Virus record (IMG/VR): IMGVR_UViG_3300036792_000107
Coordinates: 6,715-70,714 of that record
Strand: one strand, 5' to 3'
DNA length: 64,000 nucleotides
From: a virus
The position numbers were made by a program, and so were the translations under genes. The number at the start of each line of letters is the position of its first letter. Positions within the stretch are counted from its first letter, which is position 1. This document shows, piece after piece, positions 19,730 to 29,064 of this stretch. The notes beneath the pieces were generated by a model. The model ran no database searches. It worked only from the letters and a program-made list of their open reading frames with translations, and was not told where the DNA came from.

Positions 19730-19900
19730 CTACCAGCCGTCAGCGTGGTCCACGCACTTAATCGGCCAGATCGGCTCGCACAGCTCGCACTCCCCGCTGA
19801 GCAGCGCCGGGAACTCCCGTTCTTCTTCTTCTTCTTCTTCTTCTTCTTCTTCTTCTTCTTCTTCTTCTTCTTCTTCTTCTTCTTCTTCGCGTTCGCTCAT
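19730..19900 (-). CDS. 56-aa poly-glutamate protein (not in the ORF track)
   Basis: MSER-(E)23-REFPALLSGECELCEPIWPIKCVDHADGW*; ATG 1 nt after the upstream stop. Confidence 0.6.
   Translation of the reverse strand: MSEREEEEEEEEEEEEEEEEEEEEEEEREFPALLSGECELCEPIWPIKCVDHADGW
19820..19888. repeat. perfect (TTC)23 / (GAA)23 microsatellite
   Basis: 69-nt uninterrupted triplet repeat. Confidence 0.95.
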
Positions 19901-19901
19901 G

Positions 19902-20207
19902 TCAGTGGTTACCGTGGAACTTCTGCGCGTCCTTGATCTTCTGCGCGAAATCGACCGTGTGCGAAGAAGCGAGGGTGGTCTTACCCATGTCCTTCAGGTT
20001 GACCGGCTTGAACGAGCTGTTCAGGGCGTCGGCCAGGTCGTCAGCGCCCGTGGAAGCGGCTACGGACTTGACGGGGTCGCGGACTACGGAAGCGGCTGTG
20101 GCGTTCGCGGCGTCCTTAGCCTCAAGCTCGGCGAGCAGCGCGGCTGCCTGCGCCTCGGCATGCTGGAGGTCGGCGTTCGCCTGTGCGTTCGGGTCCAGGG
20201 GGTTCAT
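19902..20207 (-). CDS. Ala-rich hypothetical protein
   Basis: TACACT-6nt-ATG leaderless start. Confidence 0.65.
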   Translation of the reverse strand: MNPLDPNAQANADLQHAEAQAAALLAELEAKDAANATAASVVRDPVKSVAASTGADDLADALNSSFKPVNLKDMGKTTLASSHTVDFAQKIKDAQKFHGNH

Positions 20208-20311
20208 GCGGCCAGTGTACGGCCCTTACGGTGCCCTTACGAGGGGTACTGGATTCTACCAGGCGATGTTACCCTTCACGTGTACCCTTCCCCTCTCGAA
20301 GGAGGTACGCC

Positions 20312-21061
20312 ATGGTTGCCGTTGTCAGCGCCCCTGCCCCGGCGTCCTACCGCGTCCAGCCCGGAGACACGCTTTCGGCGATCACCGAAGAGTTCTACGG
20401 GAACGAAGCAGACTGGCCCGCGCTCGCGAAGGCCAACCGCCAGATGAAGAACCCGGACGTGCTGCACGCGGGCGACCTGGTGAAGCTGCCGAAGACGCTG
20501 GGTGCCTCCACGGTCACAGCCGCGTTCACCCAGCCGCTTCCCGTGCACGTACCGCAGCACGCCGCAGCGCCGAAGCCCGTTTTCACCCCGAAGGCCGCAC
20601 CCGTGTACGCACCGACGCACACGGCAGCCAGGGCCGTCCCGGTGCCCGTAGGAATTCCGGCGTCCGGCAACATGGTCGGCATCGCTGCGTACTTCGAAGA
20701 CCACGGATTCACCCGCGCAGCCTCGGCGGGCATAGCAGCGGCGGTCTGGGGCGAATCGGGAGGCAACCCCGAAAGCGTCGGGTCGGGCGGATTCGGCCTG
20801 ATCGGCTGGACCGGCAACACAGTCGGCCTTCCCGCCGGGTACTACCCGGACGGCGACCGCGCCCGTGACATGAGCATCCAGCTCGCCGGGGTTGTCGGGT
20901 ACATCGACGCCGAAGGCGGCAAGAACGTCCTCAACGACGCCGGAGGGCCTGTGTCCGCCGCTGAGGTGTTCTCCCGGGTCTTCGAGAGGCCCGCTGTCCT
21001 GTACTCCGACATCCACTACGGCGGGGCAGGCGACCCCACCGCGATCTACAGCGCGCTATAG
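20312..21061 (+). CDS. LysM plus phage tail lysozyme-like hydrolase
   Basis: YRVQPGDTLS.I...N...NPD.L..G..V.LP (LysM); AGI....WGESGGNP....GFGLIGWT...F...FERP; GGAGG RBS. Confidence 0.8.
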   Translation: MVAVVSAPAPASYRVQPGDTLSAITEEFYGNEADWPALAKANRQMKNPDVLHAGDLVKLPKTLGASTVTAAFTQPLPVHVPQHAAAPKPVFTPKAAPVYAPTHTAARAVPVPVGIPASGNMVGIAAYFEDHGFTRAASAGIAAAVWGESGGNPESVGSGGFGLIGWTGNTVGLPAGYYPDGDRARDMSIQLAGVVGYIDAEGGKNVLNDAGGPVSAAEVFSRVFERPAVLYSDIHYGGAGDPTAIYSAL

Positions 21062-21162
21062 GTGCCTGATCAGCCATACTGCGGCGAGAACGCCGATGAC
21101 TACGATCAGCACTACAAGCCAGGTTGCCATAATCGCCTCCTTCCCTCATTAACCAGCGTAGG

Positions 21163-21666
21163 TCAAAAACTCGCGATCAGCGCGTCTAGCTCCGGTGTGC
21201 GCTGGAACCATTCACCGTTAACACGCAACGCTGCAAGGTGGTGATGGAAGTACGCTTCTAGCTTGTAGACGTCCGACGTCGGCAATGTACCTAGTAGTAC
21301 GAGCTTCCTCGGATTGCCTACCTGAAGCTGGCTCATACGGAGAGTTACTGATGCCTGCTTCGATAGCCCGATTTTTACATAACGCTCGTCGCCTTCTTCT
21401 GCGATAAAGTAAACGACGCCTTCTACAGAAGTGTTAAAGCGAGTCTTCTCACGACACACTTCACACAGCGCCATTCCTTCGATGGCGACCTTAGAGCACA
21501 AAACGCACTTCCCGGCTTCGCGCGCCTCAGCCTCGTATCCGCGATTCCTGATAGTGTGCTTGTCAGCGCACAAACGGCACCTCAACTTAGTCGCGAGAGG
21601 TGTCTTCCCGCAGTCCTTACAACGGCCTTCACGCACGTATTGTGCGTAGTATTTCGCATTCGGCAT
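21163..21666 (-). CDS. GIY-YIG (T5orf172/MUG113-like) protein with Zn ribbons
   Basis: VYFI.....VKIG.S....R..QLQ.GNP...E...H......R.NGEWF. Confidence 0.8.
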   Translation of the reverse strand: MPNAKYYAQYVREGRCKDCGKTPLATKLRCRLCADKHTIRNRGYEAEAREAGKCVLCSKVAIEGMALCEVCREKTRFNTSVEGVVYFIAEEGDERYVKIGLSKQASVTLRMSQLQVGNPRKLVLLGTLPTSDVYKLEAYFHHHLAALRVNGEWFQRTPELDALIASF

Positions 21667-21897
21667 ACGCCCAATATACCCCCATTTACCTCAATGTGGG
21701 TAAAAACCCTTTGACTTTGAGGGGGGAATTTTCAAAACCTTATTCTAAGGGCATTCCCTGGTTTCGGCTGGAACAAAAAGTATCGTCAGCTCAGAGCACC
21801 CCGAAGCTCCGCAGGATGTAGAAAATCTCCATGGCGATGTAGAACGCCACCGCCCACGCGAACATGGTCACGGCACAGCCGAAGCGGTCAACGGCGT

Positions 21898-24800
21898 TCA
21901 CGAGCTATCAGGCCAGCTTTCCCACGGCTCGTCTGTGTCCGCACCGATCATGACCTCGAACCCGGGTGAGCTTAGCACAGTCGAGCGCATGCAGTTCTGG
22001 AGAGCGCGGGTAGCCTCGTGAGCCTCGTCAGCGGGGACAAGCACGTCAATTTCATCATGAATAGGCAGCAGCGGCAGCTTGCCCCACCGGGTACGGCTCC
22101 AGCGGATCAGCCCGTCGATCAGCAGCTCCCGCGCAGTTCCCTGGATGGCCCCGTTGCCCGCAGCGTGCGCGCCGTTGGTGACGTAGACATTGCGCCCTGA
22201 GTAGGTCTGGTAGACCATGTGGCGCGCGGTTCCGGGGATCTCCTGGCTGAAGTTGGTGCCCGTGGAGTAGTCGCGCCACATGCGCGTGCCCTTTTCGTAG
22301 CACATACGTAGCCACGTGTCCCATTGGGTGTACGCAGGTGCTACAGAGTTGAACGCCTCCCACACCTGCTGCATGAGTTCGATGTCGCAGCCCACCTGGT
22401 CAGCCGCAGTAGCGGGACCGCCGCCGAACAGCCGGGTGAACGTGCCGCGCTTGGCCTGGTACCTGTGCTCCTTGGTGGCCTCCGGGCCGTGCGCGGTGTG
22501 GGCCGTCAGCCAGTGCAGTCCCAGGTGCTCTTTGCCTTCACCGCACGCGCAGAACTGCGGCCCGTCAGGGTACTCGTCGGGGTGAACGAACTCCCCGCAC
22601 CTGCGGCACTGGTTCGACGTCTCTGCCTCGTACAGCCCCCTGTCACCGGACAGCGCAGCCGCAACCCGGATCTCGCAGCCCTCGAAGTCGGCGCTGATGC
22701 CCCGCAAAGGCGTCAGAATGCCCCCAGAAGGGACGATCTCCCACTGACCGTCCCGGAGTGCCAGAAACGCCTCTCCGGCCCGCACACAGGCCCGTATGCC
22801 CCCTTGACGGCTGTTACCGGAGACGATGACCTTCCCGTTGCAGCGGACGACGACCGCGCCCGAGGAAACCGTCACGCAGTGAACCATCCCGTCCGAGTCT
22901 TCCTCGGTTACGTTCGTACGGGACGCCCACCGCTCGGCCTTCGGGAATACCTGCACGTTGGCGTACTCGCGCCCGTCTACGCGCTTGAACGACCGGCACG
23001 TGGAATGCCCCGACAGGAACGCCGCCATCTCCACGGCGTCAACTGCGTCCGCGCGGCTAAGAGCCTGGTTGTAGGAAGCACACCGGGTACTGTCGCCATC
23101 CCAGATCATGACCTCGCTCAGGAAGCCGTCAAGCTCTGAAGAATCCAGTTCCAGCAGCGCGGGGATGCTGAACGTCTTGGAAGGCATCGAAAGCCACGGG
23201 ACGCAGTCGGCCTCGTAAGCCTTGGCTTCCATGATGACCTTGCCACCTGCGGTGTTCGGTGTGGTCCTGACTTCGAACCCCAGCTCACGGGCACGGTCAG
23301 CCTTACGCTGCTTCGTGATCTTGATGGAAACGAACCGCCGGTCGGCGGCAAAGTAACCGTCTGCCTGCACGGCAACGGCACGATACAGCGCAAGGCGTTC
23401 GGCGTCGTTCAGCTTGCGTCCCTTGAGCCGGCCGCCCCGGATGAACTTGCGGTCCACGATCTTGTCGTCAGTACCGTGCTTCAGCCACGAATCCGCGCGT
23501 TCGACCATGAGCTTGCCGTCGCGGGTCTTGGAGTAGACACGGTGGTTCGGGGTGACGAGCTGTTCGTGGTGCTCGCCTTTGATGCGGATCATCGTACCGT
23601 CGTACGGCTGGTGGGTAACCGCTTCGGGAACGACGAACTCGATGATTCCTTCTGCCCATTGGGCTACGTGCTCCGAGCCGTCTAGCTCGGGAAACGCCTT
23701 CCAGCCCTGGTCTGTAAGGATGTCCATGTCTGAAGTATAACAGAACTGCTGCCCGTTGGGGCGAACGCAGGACATGCGGCCGGTCTTCGCGTTGATCGTG
23801 TACACCGTGGGCCGCATCATCGAGTCGCCGTGGGTGCACAGGTTCTCAAGCGGCCTCAGCAGCAGCCCGAGCTTCGTTACCTGCCCCCGGTAGCTGACGA
23901 TGCTGCGGGCCAGTTCGCTGCCGCGCTTCGCGATAGGCTCCAGCGATTCCTTCCCGGCGGTGGGCTTCTTCGTCTTGCGGTCGCACTTCAGCGGGAACTC
24001 TGCCGGGCGCTCCAGCAGGTACTCCAGCACTTCCTTCGACGCGGACGGGTTGACGATCCGGCCTTCGGTCAGCTTCTCCACGGTTTCGCGGGCTTCGGCG
24101 TGGCCGGCCTCGGCTTCGGCGATCTTGGCGCGGATGTGGCCGAAGTCCAGCGGGAAGCCGTCCATCGCCGCCCTGGCGCAGACCTTCTGCGCGATGCGTT
24201 CCCGCTCCATGACGTCAGCGCCCACCGGAAGCGGCGGGAGGACCCGGAGCACCGCTGCGAGATCGAGTACGTCCGAGCCCGCGTAGCGCACCATCACCGT
24301 CGCGAACTTCGACACCTGGTGCCAGCCGTTGCGCTCGGGAGGGGTCGTGTTGTCGGTCTTCTTCAGGCACTTCATGACCGCGAACAGCTTGTCCTTGGCC
24401 TCTTCGGCTGACGGCGACACCGCGTACTCGCGAAGGAGGTCTTGGGCCAGCTGCTTGAGCTTGTCGGCCTCGGAGCCGCAGAGCATCGGGTCGGTGAGCT
24501 TGGCGCGGATGACGGAGTCGTGGAGCTTGTCCCAGATGTCATCCCAGCTGATCAGCCCGGCTACCACGCACGGCACCGCGTCGGCCGTCACCGAGTGAGC
24601 CCAGATCCTCCCGGCGGCGTTCAGCGCCCAGCTCGCGATCATCGCCTGCTTCTCGTCGGCCGCGTCCAGCACCACGGCCATCTCCTCGCCGCCCAGCTGC
24701 ACGGTGCGGAGTTCGTAGTACTGGTGCCCGACCCAGTACCCGGACGTTTCGGTGTCCAGGCAGAGGTCTTCAAGGTACTGCTCGATGATCTCCACGGCTG

Positions 24801-25008
24801 TCATCGCGTGGATCTCTTTGACCGTGCCGTCACGCAGGACGACAGCGGGCAGCTGCACTCGCCCCTCTTCGGCTTCGTCCCGCTTCTGCTGCTTGGCGGC
24901 GGCTATCTGCTCGCGGGCCAGCCTGGTCCGGTTTTCCTTTTCGGCGGCGCGCTTGGCTCTCGCGTAGCCAGCCTTGCACGCCTTCACCCTCGGGTCCATC
25001 TTCGGCAC
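21898..25008 (-). CDS. polA: family A DNA polymerase with 3'-5' exonuclease, intein-containing
   Basis: Exo DTETSG; TGRMS..PN.QQ; motif A DFEGCEIR, motif B R..AK...F...FG, motif C IHDEI. Confidence 0.9.
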   Translation of the reverse strand: MPKMDPRVKACKAGYARAKRAAEKENRTRLAREQIAAAKQQKRDEAEEGRVQLPAVVLRDGTVKEIHAMTAVEIIEQYLEDLCLDTETSGYWVGHQYYELRTVQLGGEEMAVVLDAADEKQAMIASWALNAAGRIWAHSVTADAVPCVVAGLISWDDIWDKLHDSVIRAKLTDPMLCGSEADKLKQLAQDLLREYAVSPSAEEAKDKLFAVMKCLKKTDNTTPPERNGWHQVSKFATVMVRYAGSDVLDLAAVLRVLPPLPVGADVMERERIAQKVCARAAMDGFPLDFGHIRAKIAEAEAGHAEARETVEKLTEGRIVNPSASKEVLEYLLERPAEFPLKCDRKTKKPTAGKESLEPIAKRGSELARSIVSYRGQVTKLGLLLRPLENLCTHGDSMMRPTVYTINAKTGRMSCVRPNGQQFCYTSDMDILTDQGWKAFPELDGSEHVAQWAEGIIEFVVPEAVTHQPYDGTMIRIKGEHHEQLVTPNHRVYSKTRDGKLMVERADSWLKHGTDDKIVDRKFIRGGRLKGRKLNDAERLALYRAVAVQADGYFAADRRFVSIKITKQRKADRARELGFEVRTTPNTAGGKVIMEAKAYEADCVPWLSMPSKTFSIPALLELDSSELDGFLSEVMIWDGDSTRCASYNQALSRADAVDAVEMAAFLSGHSTCRSFKRVDGREYANVQVFPKAERWASRTNVTEEDSDGMVHCVTVSSGAVVVRCNGKVIVSGNSRQGGIRACVRAGEAFLALRDGQWEIVPSGGILTPLRGISADFEGCEIRVAAALSGDRGLYEAETSNQCRRCGEFVHPDEYPDGPQFCACGEGKEHLGLHWLTAHTAHGPEATKEHRYQAKRGTFTRLFGGGPATAADQVGCDIELMQQVWEAFNSVAPAYTQWDTWLRMCYEKGTRMWRDYSTGTNFSQEIPGTARHMVYQTYSGRNVYVTNGAHAAGNGAIQGTARELLIDGLIRWSRTRWGKLPLLPIHDEIDVLVPADEAHEATRALQNCMRSTVLSSPGFEVMIGADTDEPWESWPDSS
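22813..23742 (-). mobile_element. intein (310 aa) with degenerate LAGLIDADG-like domain
   Basis: QQF|CYTSDMDILT...VTPNHR...VHCVTV....V.R.NG....SGN|SRQ; AVQADG and MIWDGD blocks. Confidence 0.9.
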
Positions 25009-25225
25009 GCCAGGACTCTATCTCACGAGACACCCCGAATGTGGCTTAACTTACCAACGTCTTAGCTTCGTCGTCGTCTCATTCCGAGTATACAAAACAT
25101 ACTCGGTCTATGAGACTCCTTCGAACGAGAAGCGGGCAAGTTTCTCAAGACGGTGTAAGACGGACATTTGCGACAGTCCCCTCAGATTTTTACGACACAG
25201 CGACAGGCCGTGATACAGTGCTGGC

Positions 25226-27490
25226 ATGACACAGTTCCAGTCACCTTCCGCGCTGCTCGGCCTCGCCCAGGACATGATCCTGAAGGGCTGGCAGCCGGTG
25301 TGGTGCCCGCAGCGCCAGTCAGGTTCGTTCTCCCCTGAAGCAGGCTGCACAGGAGGGGTGGAGTACCCCACGGTCCTTCCGCAGCCTGCCGTTGCCCACA
25401 AGCTGGCCTTCCGCCCGCCTCCCAACGTGATCGCGATCGACGTGGACCACTACGAGGACAAGCACGGCGAGGACACCCTGATGCGCGCGGAAGCGTGGCT
25501 GGGCGAGCTGCCGATGACGTTCCGGGTAACCAGTCGCGGGTACAGCAACCCCTCCGGCCGCTACCTCTTCCGCATCCCGGCCGACCTGACGGTCACCGAC
25601 TCCTCCCTCTACCAGTTCGCCGACCCCGGCACGGGCAAGACCGACATCGAGATCGTCCGCACAGGGCACCGCTTCTCATGGGCACCCGGCGACTACCACT
25701 TCAAGAACGACCAGCTCATCCAGTGCTGGGACGAAGAAGGCACGCTGTGCGAGCTGCCCGTGGTCACCGACCTTCCCGAGCTGCCGGAGAAGTGGGTCGC
25801 CTACTTCCGCAACCCGCCGGTACCGCAGAGCCGCGAAGCGTACACGAGGCCCAGCGACGGCGCTGAGTGGTGGCTTTCCCAGGCTGACTCCTCACTCGGT
25901 TCCGACGCCGAGCTGTCTTCGTTCGCTTACAACATGCTGCTCTCGCGGGTATCCGAAGAAGAGATCTGGGAGCAGTGGCAGCGCGTAGCCGTAGACCTTG
26001 ACCCGGCGCGTCCGTGGGAGCGCAGCGACTTCGACCGCCACATGGGCAGCCGCGCGCAGAACAAGGCAGCGGACGTGCTCGCCAGGCAGGACCACGAGTA
26101 CCAGTACGCGCTCAACACCCCCGGCATGACCGAAGAACGCCTTCGCGAGATCGCAGAGGGGAACGCCAGGGCGTACGAGCTGCGCCAGGCCGTGACCGCC
26201 AGCGTGGAAGTGCCGTTCAACACCGAAGTCCTCCAGCGGTACGCAGACCGCGCGGGCATCACCCTCCCCGCAGACGGCGACGACGAAGACGAGCAGCTTG
26301 TAGACGTAGAGCTGGCCGTGCGGGCGCAGCCCGGCTACCAGCAGCTGCTGTGGCAGGAACTCATGCGGACGTTCGCCCGGCGCGAGGCCGCGAAGATGCT
26401 CCAGGGGAAGTTCGACGGCTTCGAGGACATCAGCGCCCTGGAGGCTCCGCCTGACCCCGCGCTGCTCCTGGTCACCGGCAAGGACAGCCCCGCTACCGCA
26501 GTCATCGCCCCGAAGACCGTTACCGTGCTGTCAGGCCACCGTGCCTCCGGCAAGACGTGGATCTCGGCGATGTGGGCGGCGCAGGTGATCAGGGCCGGCG
26601 GTCACGTGCTGTGGCTGGACTTCGAACGGCAGCCGCACGGCCTGATGCAGAAGCTGTCCGCCACGGGACTCCCGAAGCACATGATCGCGCACCAGCTGCA
26701 CTACACGAGCAGGCTTCCCGGCGTGGACGTACTCACCGCCGACATCACGCGCTACAAGGGCTACGGCAGGCCGGTGCTGTTCGTAGTCGATGCCTTCCGT
26801 GGCCTCCAGAACACCCTGTCCCCTGAGGCCAGCGCCTACGACGGCGATGCGGTGGAGCGCGTCTACCTGGAGTACCTGAACCCGTGCTCGGAGGCGGGCG
26901 CTACCATCTGCCTGCTGGACCACATCGCGAAGAACGGCAACGGCAGTACCTTCGGCAGCGAGCGGAAGGAGTCGGCAGCGGACGTAGTCATCAAGGTCGA
27001 ACAGCTCGCCCCGTTCACCAAGACCGTGCCCGGATTCTCCTCCATGGAGGTGACCAAGGACAGGTACGGCGTGATCGCGGCGGGGTCGATGGCCGGCTAC
27101 CTGTGGATGCCGGGGGACGGTTCGAAGTCGGGGAGTTCGATCGAGCAGTACCCGTCCGGCCCCGAGCTGAGGAACTGGAGCCCGAGGGAGTCCGAGGAAG
27201 CAGCCGCAGTCGAACTCAGCCACAAGGGCCAGCGGGAGGTCGCCGTGGCGCAGGTGGTCGCGGACAATCCGTTGCAGTTCGGCCCGAGGGAGCTGGGACG
27301 CCATGTCCAGAGCGTGTACCCGGAGCTGTTCCCGAGCGCCAAGGCAGCCACTGACTTCGCGGGCAGGATGTGCAAGGAAGGCAAGCTGCTCAAGGAAGAC
27401 GGCCCGCAGGGGAAGTACGACGTACCGAGGGTGAACCTCAGCAGCGCGGCGGCGATCGACTTGACGGCCATGGTAGGGGACGGGGAGTAA
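25226..27490 (+). CDS. bifunctional primase-polymerase fused to a RecA/AAA-like helicase
   Basis: IAIDVD...GRYLFR...DI; Walker A GHRASGKT, WLDFE, VVD, LLDH; TG-A-TACAGT-6nt-ATG. Confidence 0.85.
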   Translation: MTQFQSPSALLGLAQDMILKGWQPVWCPQRQSGSFSPEAGCTGGVEYPTVLPQPAVAHKLAFRPPPNVIAIDVDHYEDKHGEDTLMRAEAWLGELPMTFRVTSRGYSNPSGRYLFRIPADLTVTDSSLYQFADPGTGKTDIEIVRTGHRFSWAPGDYHFKNDQLIQCWDEEGTLCELPVVTDLPELPEKWVAYFRNPPVPQSREAYTRPSDGAEWWLSQADSSLGSDAELSSFAYNMLLSRVSEEEIWEQWQRVAVDLDPARPWERSDFDRHMGSRAQNKAADVLARQDHEYQYALNTPGMTEERLREIAEGNARAYELRQAVTASVEVPFNTEVLQRYADRAGITLPADGDDEDEQLVDVELAVRAQPGYQQLLWQELMRTFARREAAKMLQGKFDGFEDISALEAPPDPALLLVTGKDSPATAVIAPKTVTVLSGHRASGKTWISAMWAAQVIRAGGHVLWLDFERQPHGLMQKLSATGLPKHMIAHQLHYTSRLPGVDVLTADITRYKGYGRPVLFVVDAFRGLQNTLSPEASAYDGDAVERVYLEYLNPCSEAGATICLLDHIAKNGNGSTFGSERKESAADVVIKVEQLAPFTKTVPGFSSMEVTKDRYGVIAAGSMAGYLWMPGDGSKSGSSIEQYPSGPELRNWSPRESEEAAAVELSHKGQREVAVAQVVADNPLQFGPRELGRHVQSVYPELFPSAKAATDFAGRMCKEGKLLKEDGPQGKYDVPRVNLSSAAAIDLTAMVGDGE

Positions 27491-27509
27491 ACCTGTGACA
27501 CGGAGCGTT
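27484..27509 (+). promoter_or_regulatory. SigR/SigH-type promoter (variant -35, leaderless)
   Basis: GGAGT-N18-GTT; ATG 27519 at +12. Confidence 0.7.
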
Positions 27510-27518
27510 GTACTAGGT

Positions 27519-28202
27519 ATGAGTACAGACCTAGCTGCCCGGAGGCCCGAGTCTCCGTTCGACAGCCTCAAGCACACCGACCCTGACACAGGAGAGGATT
27601 ACTGGCTCACCCGCGAAATGTGGGAGCCAGCCGGCTACGCTACGTGGCAGAAGTTCGAGGAGCTTGTGAAGCGGGCCATCAAGGTCTGCGAGGACAAGTT
27701 CCCAGGTCAGGGATATATTAACGACTCAGTTAAATCATCGCCGATGCCAAACGGGGGCGCTCGGGAGGTGAAGGACTACCGCTGCACCCGTTACGGTGCG
27801 TACATGGTTCTCAGCCGGTCGGACAAGCCACACCTAGCCGACTACTTCGTCATGCAGACCATGTACGCGGAGAACGCACAGCGCATTGAGGCAGTCGTCT
27901 CAGCTTCCCCGGATAAGGGTTCACTGGAGTGGTTCGATGCGCTGATGTCGCGGGGTGTCGTGGACTTCTTCGCGAACGGCAACCCGAAGTGCGTGGACCC
28001 GGAGTACAGGCCCGTCCAGTCGGTTACCGTGACACAGGTTCCGGACAAGGAAGCCTACGCTGTAGTCGAGCGTAAGATCGTGGACGCTCAGGTGAAGGCG
28101 TGCTCTGCCATCGCCGCCGAGCGTGAGCGGGGTATGAGCGCCGTCCAGCACTTCTACAGCGCACTGGGCCGCAAGCCTGTGTCCGGCGGCAGTGAAACTT
28201 GA
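27519..28202 (+). CDS. DinD/BRO-like antirepressor-type protein
   Basis: SPFD.....GEDYW..RE....GY..WQ.F...V.RA...DY..TRYGAY.V...YF..QT. Confidence 0.7.
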   Translation: MSTDLAARRPESPFDSLKHTDPDTGEDYWLTREMWEPAGYATWQKFEELVKRAIKVCEDKFPGQGYINDSVKSSPMPNGGAREVKDYRCTRYGAYMVLSRSDKPHLADYFVMQTMYAENAQRIEAVVSASPDKGSLEWFDALMSRGVVDFFANGNPKCVDPEYRPVQSVTVTQVPDKEAYAVVERKIVDAQVKACSAIAAERERGMSAVQHFYSALGRKPVSGGSET

Positions 28203-28271
28203 AGCATCCCGGCTGAGCTGGAAGACCCGAACTCCAAGGCATGGGACAACCCCCACATCTAACCAGCTAGG

Positions 28272-28308
28272 GTTAAAGGGAGTCTCCATCGCGGGGGCTC
28301 CCTTTAAC
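28272..28308 (+). terminator. terminator hairpin
   Basis: GTTAAAGGGAGTCTCC-5nt-GGGGGCTCCCTTTAAC. Confidence 0.7.
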
Positions 28309-28328
28309 TTTGCGCTAGACTCACGCTC

Positions 28329-28487
28329 ATGGATAACGAGTTCGAACCTACTGACGCTGGGCTTGCCGAGATCGGCGTGACCCGCGAGACTGCGCGCAAG
28401 GTCCGCGACGCCTACCGCAAGTACGACTGGGAGCATTTCCAGGCTAGCTACAAGGAGAACTGCAAGAAGTACTTCGACCTGGAATAG
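28329..28487 (+). CDS. 52-aa hypothetical protein (not in the ORF track)
   Basis: MDNEFEPTDAG...KKYFDLE*; TAGACT 7 nt upstream of the ATG. Confidence 0.45.
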   Translation: MDNEFEPTDAGLAEIGVTRETARKVRDAYRKYDWEHFQASYKENCKKYFDLE

Positions 28488-28506
28488 GTTCTGTAGTCAC
28501 CTGGTT
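28481..28506 (+). promoter_or_regulatory. SigR/SigH-type promoter (leaderless)
   Basis: GGAAT-N18-GTTACACC; ATG 28516 at +12. Confidence 0.8.
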
Positions 28507-28515
28507 ACACCCAGT

Positions 28516-28998
28516 ATGAAGACAACCACTAAGACTGCGCTCGGGGGCTTCGCGATGGTCGCCGTGGCTCTCGGCGCGGCTGCCTGCACCTCGCACTCCA
28601 GCACGCCAGCGCACGCCGCTCCCGGCCCCACTGTCACCGAGACCATCCCCGTGGCCGGCCCGACCCAGACCGTGACCAAGTCGCCGCCGCCTCCCCCGAC
28701 AGGATCGACCGTCGCTACCTTGACCGGCTCCGGAACAGCGGTTACCAAGTCCTTTAACGTGCCGGCGTCCGGAGATTTCGTAGTCCAGTGGACGTACTCG
28801 GGCAACGACTCCTCCGGCAGCGCGGACAACTTCATCGTCACCAACACCGGGGCCGGCCTCGCTACGAGCCTCCCCAACGACATCGCCACCTCCGGGCACG
28901 GTTCGACTGAGGTCACCGGGGACAGCGGCACCGAGTCGTTCAACGTCCAGGCTGACTCCACGTGCTCGTGGACCATTACCGTAGTCAGCGCCTCTTAA
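28516..28998 (+). CDS. lipoprotein
   Basis: signal peptide with AAAC lipobox, P/T linker, beta-rich domain. Confidence 0.75.
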   Translation: MKTTTKTALGGFAMVAVALGAAACTSHSSTPAHAAPGPTVTETIPVAGPTQTVTKSPPPPPTGSTVATLTGSGTAVTKSFNVPASGDFVVQWTYSGNDSSGSADNFIVTNTGAGLATSLPNDIATSGHGSTEVTGDSGTESFNVQADSTCSWTITVVSAS

Positions 28999-29064
28999 CG
29001 TCAGGTGGTGCGCTACCGTTTAAGGACTCCCGGCCGTGGGGGTCCTTTAGCGTTTAGGAGAACG

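Noticed and set aside
19745-19936. Poly-Phe ORF on the + strand
   Set aside because: It is the antisense shadow of the repeat; the - strand poly-Glu frame has a coupled ATG and fits the operon.
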